Source: Promethearchaeota archaeon
GTDB taxonomy: Archaea; Asgardarchaeota; Lokiarchaeia; Sigyniarchaeales; SOKP01
Reading direction: 5' to 3'
DNA: 64,000 bases
Assembly: GCA_011364925.1 (NCBI GenBank)
Contig: RDOA01000006.1
Span: forward strand, 1 to 64,000
The position numbers were made by a program, and so were the translations under genes. Shown in pieces: positions 1-7,642 of the stretch (position 1 is the stretch's first letter; every line of letters starts with the position of its first letter). The notes beneath the pieces are model-generated. The model saw only the letters and a program-made list of their open reading frames with translations. It was not told the origin of the DNA and searched no databases.

Positions 1-227
1 TGCTTAGGTGCTGAATAATTAAAAAATGCAGTGGCACTAATGAGTAAACCAAAGGCAGAAATCCAAAAGATAATGTTTTCGTAATCTTGCTGAGTTAACA
101 CAATGTCGACTCCTAAAATCGAGAGTTCCCTTATCCAAGTAAAAGTGAAAAATGGGATTACCATCGTGATAACTATATAAACACCCATAAATATTATTCC
201 TTTAAATATATTCAAAAATCGTCCCAT
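1..227 (-). CDS. Membrane protein, runs off the left window edge (partial)
   Basis: Manual translation from ATG at 227 gives MGRFLNIFKGIIFMGVYIVITMVIPFFTFTWIRELSILGVDIVLTQQDYENIIFWISAFGLLISATAFFNYSAPK..., open to position 1. Hydrophobic segments present; GAGTGAT SD-like site upstream; lies directly downstream of 239..784. Confidence 0.75.
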   Translation of the reverse strand, partial: MGRFLNIFKGIIFMGVYIVITMVIPFFTFTWIRELSILGVDIVLTQQDYENIIFWISAFGLLISATAFFNYSAPK

Positions 228-238
228 TTAAATCACTC

Positions 239-784
239 TCATGGTATATCATAAGTCCCTATTGATACATTAACTATACCAACTGTAAAGGTGTATAGAT
301 TTAGTGAATAAGAAGCACTGAACAGAAGACCAATAAATAAGTCTAAATCAGGATTTCTATCAGTATTTACATCGGAAAGCGGTAATGTACCAAAGCCCGT
401 TAAATTCGCTTTGAGAGTTGCTCCTGGCAAAATGTTTCCATAATAGTGAATTACGTTAAATACAGTAAATGTAGTAGTGGCATTCCCTGCAGATATGTTT
501 TCAAATCTCATATCAAATTGTAATCCTAGTTCTACGTTTGAGAGCTCATATACTCCTCCATTCGAAATATTAAAAGGAATTGTAATTTGTACACTTGAAT
601 TCCCAATATTGATATTATATCCTATTGGTCCATCAGGTATATTGATATCGTCACTACTAGGATTCAATATTGTTACTGCTGACCACCCTCCCAATATAGA
701 TACAGCGGATAACGATAGGGTAAAAACTAATAAGAAAGCTCGAACAATCCATCTAAACACGCGAGACGGTCTCATAATCACCAA
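239..784 (-). CDS. Membrane-anchored protein: N-terminal TM helix plus beta-rich (LEA_2-like) extracellular domain
   Basis: 181-aa ORF with a single N-terminal hydrophobic helix, an IPFNISNGG...L..V motif typical of LEA_2/WHy-like folds, and several N-x-S/T sequons. Confidence 0.6.
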   Translation of the reverse strand: MVIMRPSRVFRWIVRAFLLVFTLSLSAVSILGGWSAVTILNPSSDDINIPDGPIGYNINIGNSSVQITIPFNISNGGVYELSNVELGLQFDMRFENISAGNATTTFTVFNVIHYYGNILPGATLKANLTGFGTLPLSDVNTDRNPDLDLFIGLLFSASYSLNLYTFTVGIVNVSIGTYDIP

Positions 785-887
785 TCTTTACAAATACTTT
801 TTTATTAGATTAAGTAAGATAACAATAACTACGATAGGCATGTATTTAAATTTATTGTCAAGTTTTACACAAAAGGGATATTTTAAA

Positions 888-960
888 ATACGGAGCGGGC
901 ACAACCGCGAATCACTAAATCTTCAAAAATTTTCAAGATAAGTTCATTTATAAACCGTAT
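888..960 (-). promoter_or_regulatory. Putative SECIS element (eukaryote/Loki-type AUGA...GA core) in the 3' UTR of the UGA-containing gene
   Basis: Minus strand reads TAA-AUGAA-CUUAUCUU-GAAAAUUUUUG-AAGAUUUAG-UGAU. AUGA is at 947-944 and UGAU at 914-911, with an AUCUU/AAGAU helix and apical AAAA. Outer pairing AUACGG(960-955)/CCGUAU(893-888) and a side hairpin GCGG/CCGC are also present. Confidence 0.6.
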
Positions 961-1325
961 ACGTCTAAATTTTTTTTTATGAACAACATTCCTACCTTTT
1001 TACCATCTATGTCTCCTACTGCAACATCGACGATTGTTAGTGGTTGCGCTTCAAATTCATCAATAATTTTCTTTTCAATGTACACATTGATCGGTTTAGT
1101 TTTCATTTGTTTATTTTCAATTTCAGAATCGTTTAACTGAATAAAGTCGTCGTCATTTAAGATTTTATGCTGTTCTACAAGCTCGACAACATTTCCACAA
1201 AAACACATCGTTCAAGTTTCAGCTGAATGATAGAAAAGCACTACAACAAGTTGTTCGAATTTGGAATTTTGTTGCTCATGAAGAATATAATCCAATGCTT
1301 TTTCTGAGAAAGATATTCTAAATAT
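948..1325 (-). CDS. Putative HesB/IscA-like selenoprotein with in-frame UGA at 1214-1212 (motif ET-U-TMCFCG); start uncertain
   Basis: The frame of the 86-aa ORF stays open upstream through a single TGA: (I)FRISFSEKALDYILHEQQNSKFEQLVVVLFYHSAET-U-TMCFCGNVVELVEQ...INVYIEKKII. The 'ISFSEKALDYI' start and 'INVYIEKK' segment match the HesB-like pattern, and a SECIS-like hairpin follows the stop codon. Confidence 0.6.
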
Positions 1326-1444
1326 TCATCACCAATATCATTTTTTTATGAGCTTATATTTTAATATATAATTTAGAAAACTATTATTTATCAAAAATAC
1401 TTAGTTTAATATTTTATGACATTATTTAAAAAAATGAAGTAAAT

Positions 1445-4321
1445 ATGACAGAATTAAAAACGATCAACGCACATTCAGAAAAAATTGAAAAAGTTGTAGA
1501 AGCATTCAAAACTTCACTTGAAAGCGGTATCTCTGAAGCTGAAGCAAGGGTAAGACTTGAGAAATACGGAAAGAACGAATTAATTAAAGAAAAAGGAAAA
1601 TCTGCTCTCCAAATTTTTGTGGGACAATTTAAAAGTTTCCTCGTATATTTATTATTCTTCGCGATAGTAATTTCAATAATTATTGGATTTTGGGAAAGTT
1701 CTAAGCACTCTGGAGCGTGGTCTTCAGAATATACAGACGCTATCGTTATATTTGCGATTTTAATCGTCAACGCAATATTAGGATTTTATCAAGAATTTCA
1801 GGCTGAAAAATCTATGGAGAGCTTAAAGAAACTAGCACCACATTTTGCAAAGGTTCGGAGAGATGGCAAGGTCAATGAAATTGCAGTAGAAGATATAGTT
1901 CCAGGAGATATTGCACTTGTTGAGGAAGGAGACAAATTCCCAGCTGATTTACGATTATTTAAAGAATTCTCATTTTATGTTGACGAGGCAATTCTAACAG
2001 GAGAATCAAAACCGGTTAAAAAGCATCTTGGTGTTGTCGATGATAAGATGATTTTAGCAGATAGAACAAATCTTGGATATATGAATACTATTGTTACCAG
2101 AGGTAATGCAGAAGGAATTGTAATTGGAACCGCAATGAATACTGAGATTGGAAAAATCGCTGAAAGCTTGCAGAAAGAAAAAGTTGGACCTAGTCCATTT
2201 CAAATTGAGGTAAATCGGTTTGGAAAACTATTAGGTCTGATAATCATTCTGATTTGTTTAGGTGTTTTAATCACAGAATTTATTATCATTGTAGCGACAG
2301 AGGGATTAACATTCTCCGATACTGAAATTCAAGAACTTGTTGAAGCTTTAGAAATTTCCATTAGTTTAGCGGTATCAGCAGTCCCAGAAGGTCTTGTCGT
2401 CGTCATTACTGTAGTTTTAAGCATCGGAATGAGAAAAATGGCAGATAGAAACGCCTTGGTTAGAAATTTAACCGCTGTAGAAACCCTCGGTCGCGTTAAT
2501 GTAATTTGTTCTGATAAAACAGGTACGCTAACGAAAAATGAAATGACAGTAGTTAAGATATATATAAACGAGAAAGTTTTAGATGTAGAGGGTGTTGGAT
2601 ACAATATAATAGGAGATATTAATGAGAGTGGAAATCCAATCGCAATGAATGCCGAACTTAAACGATTTTTAGAAGTTTGTTTGTATTGTAATAACTCAAA
2701 TGTCAACATTCTTAATAAGACTACGGGAGAAGTTAGTGTTGTCGGAGACCCAACTGAAATTTCTATGAAAGTTCTAGCACTAAAAAAGAATTTAAGCGAA
2801 AATTTTGAGAAATTAGACGAAATTCCATTTGATTCAGATAGGAAGATGATGAGTGTTATAGGGAATATTGATGGTAAAACATACGCGTTAATTAAAGGTG
2901 CTCCAGATGTACTCTTGAAAAATGCAACATCTATCTTAGAAAATGGGCAGAAAAAACCAATTGGAAATTCAGCTGATAAATTAGCAAATAAAAATGAGGA
3001 ATTTGCCAGAAGCGCATTAAGAGTTCTGGGTGTAGCTTATAAGGAATTAGAACCAGGATATGATATTAACGACATTGAAAAAGATTTTATTTATATAGGA
3101 TTAGTGGGAATCATTGATCCTGCTCGAGATGAAGTAAAATTTGCGATTAACGAAGCTAGAATGGCGGGAATTCGTACGATAATGATCACCGGAGATCATA
3201 GAATTACTGCTATTGCTATCGCCCATCAAATTGGTTTAACAGAAACTACAGAGGCTATAACTGGTGTAGAATTGGAAGCCATGAGTGATGAAGAATTATT
3301 AGAAAGGGTAAAAACAACAGATATCTTCGCAAGGGTTACTTCTGAGCATAAATTGAGAATTCTGAAAAAACTTAAAGATTTAGGTTTAATCGTCGCCATG
3401 ACAGGAGATGGGGTCAATGACGCACCAGCTGTAAAAGGATCTCATGTTGGAGTAGCTATGGGTCTGAAAGGTACGGAGGTAACTCAAGAAGCTTCGGATA
3501 TGATTCTTATCGATGATAATTATGCAACAATAGTTAACGCAATCGAGGAAGGAAGAGGTATTTTTGAGACTACTAAAGGCTTTTTCCGATATATGCTGAG
3601 TACTAATTTTGATGAAATTTTCCTAATTTTAGCTGCCTATATAGTAATGAAACTCTTCGCTAACATCTTTATTGGTATACCTGTTGAACCAATACAAATT
3701 CTTTGGCTAAACATAGCCACTGATGGTATACCCGCTATGGTACTTGGTTTAACGCCTACAGATCCTGATGTTATGAAAAATCCCCCAAGAAAAGGGTTCA
3801 CATTATTGAAAGAAATTAGAGGCCCCGCGTTATTGCTGGGAATTTATACTTCAATAACAGATATTTCTCTCTATTTAATTTTGTGGGGAGTATTAATTCC
3901 AATTTGGAGTAACCCATTGAATCCATTGGATCCCGCCCTTGTAAGTGGAACAACCATATTTGGTATTACCTATACCGCAGAACAATACGCTATAGCTTTA
4001 GCGCAAACAATAGTTTTTAGTAACTTGATAATATGTGAGTTATTATTTGTTTATACATGTACTAGTAATATAAAACCATTTTACAAATTTCCCAACAAAC
4101 ATTTGTTCTGGGCTACGGGACTATCACTTGGATTACAATTTTTAATACTTTACACACCAATGGGTATAGCGTTTCATGTCATACCGTTAACACAGTGGTA
4201 TTATTGGGTGGCTGTCCTCCTCGGAGCATTTAGCGTCTCTGTTGTTGATGAGTTAAGGAAATATCGAATAAGGTTAAAGCTAAGAAAAGACCCTGATTAT
4301 TTAACTAAGATAAATATTTAA
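1445..4321 (+). CDS. Cation-transporting P-type ATPase (type IIA, Ca2+-ATPase-like)
   Basis: TGES, VSAVPEGL, DKTGTLT phosphorylation site, KGAPD, MITGD, TGDGVNDAPA and WLNIATDG motifs; about 10 TM segments. Confidence 0.95.
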   Translation: MTELKTINAHSEKIEKVVEAFKTSLESGISEAEARVRLEKYGKNELIKEKGKSALQIFVGQFKSFLVYLLFFAIVISIIIGFWESSKHSGAWSSEYTDAIVIFAILIVNAILGFYQEFQAEKSMESLKKLAPHFAKVRRDGKVNEIAVEDIVPGDIALVEEGDKFPADLRLFKEFSFYVDEAILTGESKPVKKHLGVVDDKMILADRTNLGYMNTIVTRGNAEGIVIGTAMNTEIGKIAESLQKEKVGPSPFQIEVNRFGKLLGLIIILICLGVLITEFIIIVATEGLTFSDTEIQELVEALEISISLAVSAVPEGLVVVITVVLSIGMRKMADRNALVRNLTAVETLGRVNVICSDKTGTLTKNEMTVVKIYINEKVLDVEGVGYNIIGDINESGNPIAMNAELKRFLEVCLYCNNSNVNILNKTTGEVSVVGDPTEISMKVLALKKNLSENFEKLDEIPFDSDRKMMSVIGNIDGKTYALIKGAPDVLLKNATSILENGQKKPIGNSADKLANKNEEFARSALRVLGVAYKELEPGYDINDIEKDFIYIGLVGIIDPARDEVKFAINEARMAGIRTIMITGDHRITAIAIAHQIGLTETTEAITGVELEAMSDEELLERVKTTDIFARVTSEHKLRILKKLKDLGLIVAMTGDGVNDAPAVKGSHVGVAMGLKGTEVTQEASDMILIDDNYATIVNAIEEGRGIFETTKGFFRYMLSTNFDEIFLILAAYIVMKLFANIFIGIPVEPIQILWLNIATDGIPAMVLGLTPTDPDVMKNPPRKGFTLLKEIRGPALLLGIYTSITDISLYLILWGVLIPIWSNPLNPLDPALVSGTTIFGITYTAEQYAIALAQTIVFSNLIICELLFVYTCTSNIKPFYKFPNKHLFWATGLSLGLQFLILYTPMGIAFHVIPLTQWYYWVAVLLGAFSVSVVDELRKYRIRLKLRKDPDYLTKINI

Positions 4322-4447
4322 TTTTTATTTTTAAACACTTTTTTTTATCGCCTTTTTTAAGCAGATAAGTATATTTTAAAAACTTTTAAGTAATATAAGG
4401 AATAAATCAAAATTAATAGAATATATATTCAGAATCTATTTTAAGAA

Positions 4448-5473
4448 GTGAAAAAAATGAGTGTAAATGTTTCTGATGGGATTAAAAGTGGCGATGTAGT
4501 AATTAGGATATTGACCACTAATACAATAATTTCTACCTTATTAACAGAGGAGAAATTCGGTGGAAAAGTTTTACATCCACATTCAAATGGAAGTAAATAT
4601 TTCGCAGAACATGGGTTAGCTATGAGTATAGAAATAAATCAGGGAGATAAGATAAAGAAGTATCTTTTTGACACAGGAGGTCCTAAAAGCTCCATAATAT
4701 CCAACGCAGAATCTATGAATGTAGATTTCAAGGATTTTGACAAGTTTGTTTTAAGTCACGGGCATGTGGATCATTTTGGTGGTTTTTCAAATGTCTTTCC
4801 AAAACTTAAAGAAGGATGTGAGGTTTATCTAACTCCAAATTCTTATAATCAAAACACAATTCTAGTTCCAAAATCGGATCATGAATTCTATTCTCCAAAA
4901 GAATTAACAGAAAAATTTCGTGAATTGCTAAAACAAAACGCATTTAAATTTAACATAAAATTACCGTCATTGAATCGAACAATGGTTGAAAATTTAGGCG
5001 ATCAAAATAAACTTAAGATTATAGAAACTAAAAATCCTGTGAAGTTAGGACCGGGTATTACTACAAGTGGAGAAATAGAAATATTTGATGAAACAGAACT
5101 TACGAAGGGAATTTATTTATTGAAAGGTAGAAATGAATTTGAAAAAAATACATTTAGGGATGAAATTTCAATCTATATTAACATAAAAGAGAAAGGACTT
5201 GTGGTTCTTACTGGATGTGGACACACAGGAATTGTGAATACTATAAAACATGGACAAAAGTTAACAGGGATTAACAAAATTTATGCCGTAATAGGTGGAT
5301 TTCATAAAGAATGGGAAAGCATTAAAAATATTGAGGAATCAATTCGATTTATTGAAGCTTTGAATCCAGAAATCACCTGTGGGATGCATTGTACTGGGTT
5401 TGAATTTAATAAACTTATGTCACGGCACCCATCACATACTTTAGGAATTGTAGGGACTGAATTTCACCTTTAA
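4448..5473 (+). CDS. MBL-fold metallo-hydrolase (AEHGL/LFDTG/TGCGH family)
   Basis: AEHGLA, LFDTG, SHGHVDH (HxHxDH), TGCGHTG, GGFH and HCTG motifs. Confidence 0.85.
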   Translation: MKKMSVNVSDGIKSGDVVIRILTTNTIISTLLTEEKFGGKVLHPHSNGSKYFAEHGLAMSIEINQGDKIKKYLFDTGGPKSSIISNAESMNVDFKDFDKFVLSHGHVDHFGGFSNVFPKLKEGCEVYLTPNSYNQNTILVPKSDHEFYSPKELTEKFRELLKQNAFKFNIKLPSLNRTMVENLGDQNKLKIIETKNPVKLGPGITTSGEIEIFDETELTKGIYLLKGRNEFEKNTFRDEISIYINIKEKGLVVLTGCGHTGIVNTIKHGQKLTGINKIYAVIGGFHKEWESIKNIEESIRFIEALNPEITCGMHCTGFEFNKLMSRHPSHTLGIVGTEFHL

Positions 5474-5501
5474 AAAATCTTTATTTTACTTGACATTCGT
5501 C

Positions 5502-6587
5502 TTAATCATCTTCAAAATGTTTAAAAAATAAGCCAATTCCAACTAATTTAAATGTGTCCTGAACATTTACATTTCGTAATGCGGATGTTTCGGTAAAAAG
5601 ACTTTTCAATTCTCTTGCTTTTTTCAATCCCTCTTCTTGAGATATTACTCTATCTTCTTTTAAATCTATTTTATTTCCAATAAGAACAAATGGTATATTA
5701 CCTAATTCTTTTTGAGCATCCTTAAGCCAAAAATCCGTCGCTTCTTCGAATGTTTCTCTTCTGGTGACATCGTACATTATAAACGCACAATTTGCTCCCG
5801 TATAATATTCATGTCTAACTCTCTTGAAGAAAGTTTGTCCTGCTAAATCATAGATTAAAAATTTGATTACATCGTCTTTAAAACCTTGAACATAATATCG
5901 TTGTGAAGATATTGCAATACCCAATGTCGGGCGATAATCTATAATTTCTTCTTTTTTAAGAAATCGGCTGACAAGAGTAGTCTTACCAACTGCAGCTGAC
6001 CCCAATACGATTAGTTTAAAAACTTTATCTATATGTTCACTCTTTTTGATTTTATGAGTAGGAGTTACTCCTTCTATAATAGACTTTGAGTGTTGGACAG
6101 AAAACCTGTCTAAACCTAAAGAGAAAGAATCGTATATGGATAAATCGGGTATTTCAAGAGAATTAAATTTAAAATCAAAACTATCTTCAAGTAATTGAGC
6201 GATTTTTTCGACAACAAGATATGCTATCGGGAAAAGGGTATCTAGATTTGTATTATAGTCACAAACAAGCAATAATATTGCTTCAAAGCCTGCCTCTAAG
6301 TATATAATTCGATTATGCTCAGTTTCAAATGAGCCACTCCCATAACGACCGGTTTTATATTCATGGCTAATTTTATCGAGAAGATTTTCGACAATTGCTG
6401 TAAACGCTCCATAGATATCTTCAGATTTTTTATCTACTTCAGTCGTTTCTTCGAATTTACCGTATTTAGACAATAATAAACCTTCGTTTGAATAAATATA
6501 GGCTATCATTATGTCATTTCGTGAATCTACAAAATTTTTTAATAGAATGCGAAGATTTTCCTCTTTCGTAGTAGCTTCTGAATGCAT
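5502..6587 (-). CDS. Roadblock/MglB-like domain fused to a Rab-like small GTPase
   Basis: The N-terminal ~135 aa fit the roadblock pattern (IMIAYIYSNEGLLLS...AILLLV). C-terminal GTPase motifs: G1 GSAAVGKT, G2 YRPTLG, G3 DLAGQ, G4 NKID, G5 ETSAL. No C-terminal prenylation Cys. Confidence 0.9.
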   Translation of the reverse strand: MHSEATTKEENLRILLKNFVDSRNDIMIAYIYSNEGLLLSKYGKFEETTEVDKKSEDIYGAFTAIVENLLDKISHEYKTGRYGSGSFETEHNRIIYLEAGFEAILLLVCDYNTNLDTLFPIAYLVVEKIAQLLEDSFDFKFNSLEIPDLSIYDSFSLGLDRFSVQHSKSIIEGVTPTHKIKKSEHIDKVFKLIVLGSAAVGKTTLVSRFLKKEEIIDYRPTLGIAISSQRYYVQGFKDDVIKFLIYDLAGQTFFKRVRHEYYTGANCAFIMYDVTRRETFEEATDFWLKDAQKELGNIPFVLIGNKIDLKEDRVISQEEGLKKARELKSLFTETSALRNVNVQDTFKLVGIGLFFKHFEDD

Positions 6588-6763
6588 TATAGAAGATTCT
6601 GTATATTATTGGTTGATTTCTATTAATAATGTTTTTTTTTAGAAAATAGGGTTTCTTTTCTTTAAAAATACTACTCGTTATATTTAAATCTTTTTTATAA
6701 CTTAATTACCTATTATAGTTCTTAAACCTTAATTTTGAAAAGATAAAGCTAGAGTTAGTTTTC

Positions 6764-7462
6764 ATGAATATTTCTGAATTAATAAAAAAAAAGCTTGAAT
6801 CAAACCAAACTGTGCTTACTGAATTTGAGTCAAAAAATTTGCTAAAGGAGATAGGAATTCCCATCCCCGAACAAGAATTAGCAATTTCTAAAGAGGAAAC
6901 AGTTTCTATTGCTAAAAGAATAGGGTTTCCCGTAGTATTAAAACTTATGGCGGAAGATATTGTCCATAAATCTGATTCTGGGGCAGTAAAGCTAAACATT
7001 AAAAATGAAGAAGAAACCACTAAAGCATACGATGAGTTAATGAAAATTCCTTCTCAGAATGAGAAATCAATAAGTGTACAAAAAATGGCTAGCGAACCTA
7101 TAACTGAATTAATCATTGGTATGACTACTGATGCTCAATTTGGACCCGCATTAATGTTTGGGATTGGAGGGATATTAGTCGAGCTTTTAGAAGATGTGAG
7201 CTTTAGAATTGCCCCAATCACAGAATATGATGCCCGAGAACAAATACATGAGATAAAGGGTTTTCCAATCTTAGATGGGTATCGAGGAAAGCCAAAAGCA
7301 GACATAGACGCCATTGTAAATGTATTATTAAAAATTTCAGATCTCGTGACTGAACACGAAGAAATTAATGAAATGGACCTTAATCCCGTTTTCATCTACG
7401 AGAAAGGATTGATTTGCGTAGATGCCCGAATAATTTTAAAGAAGCCAGAAAAAAAAGATTAG
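6764..7462 (+). CDS. ADP-forming acetate/acyl-CoA ligase, beta subunit (ATP-grasp)
   Basis: LTEFESK, IGFPVVLK, HKSD, FGPALMFGIGG, EMDLNP and VDARI motifs. Confidence 0.9.
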   Translation: MNISELIKKKLESNQTVLTEFESKNLLKEIGIPIPEQELAISKEETVSIAKRIGFPVVLKLMAEDIVHKSDSGAVKLNIKNEEETTKAYDELMKIPSQNEKSISVQKMASEPITELIIGMTTDAQFGPALMFGIGGILVELLEDVSFRIAPITEYDAREQIHEIKGFPILDGYRGKPKADIDAIVNVLLKISDLVTEHEEINEMDLNPVFIYEKGLICVDARIILKKPEKKD

Positions 7463-7642
7463 TATTTAATCATTTTTTGATTAATATCATTGTAAATTAT
7501 TTTTTAAATCCTACTTGAATAGAAAATAAAATATAATTTACCCACAAATCTATTTAGAAAAAAGTAATTTTAAATTCAAATTACACGATTAATGATCTAA
7601 TACAATATTATAATGCATTATAACAAAACAATATAAGAATTT

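Noticed and set aside
477-941. 154-aa plus-strand ORF
   Set aside because: Antisense to the 239..784 membrane protein and the SECIS region; no recognisable motifs.
948-1208. 86-aa ORF taken as a complete gene starting at MCFCG
   Set aside because: No SD site before it, and the frame continues upstream through one TGA with HesB-like sequence; reinterpreted as the 3' part of a UGA-recoded gene.
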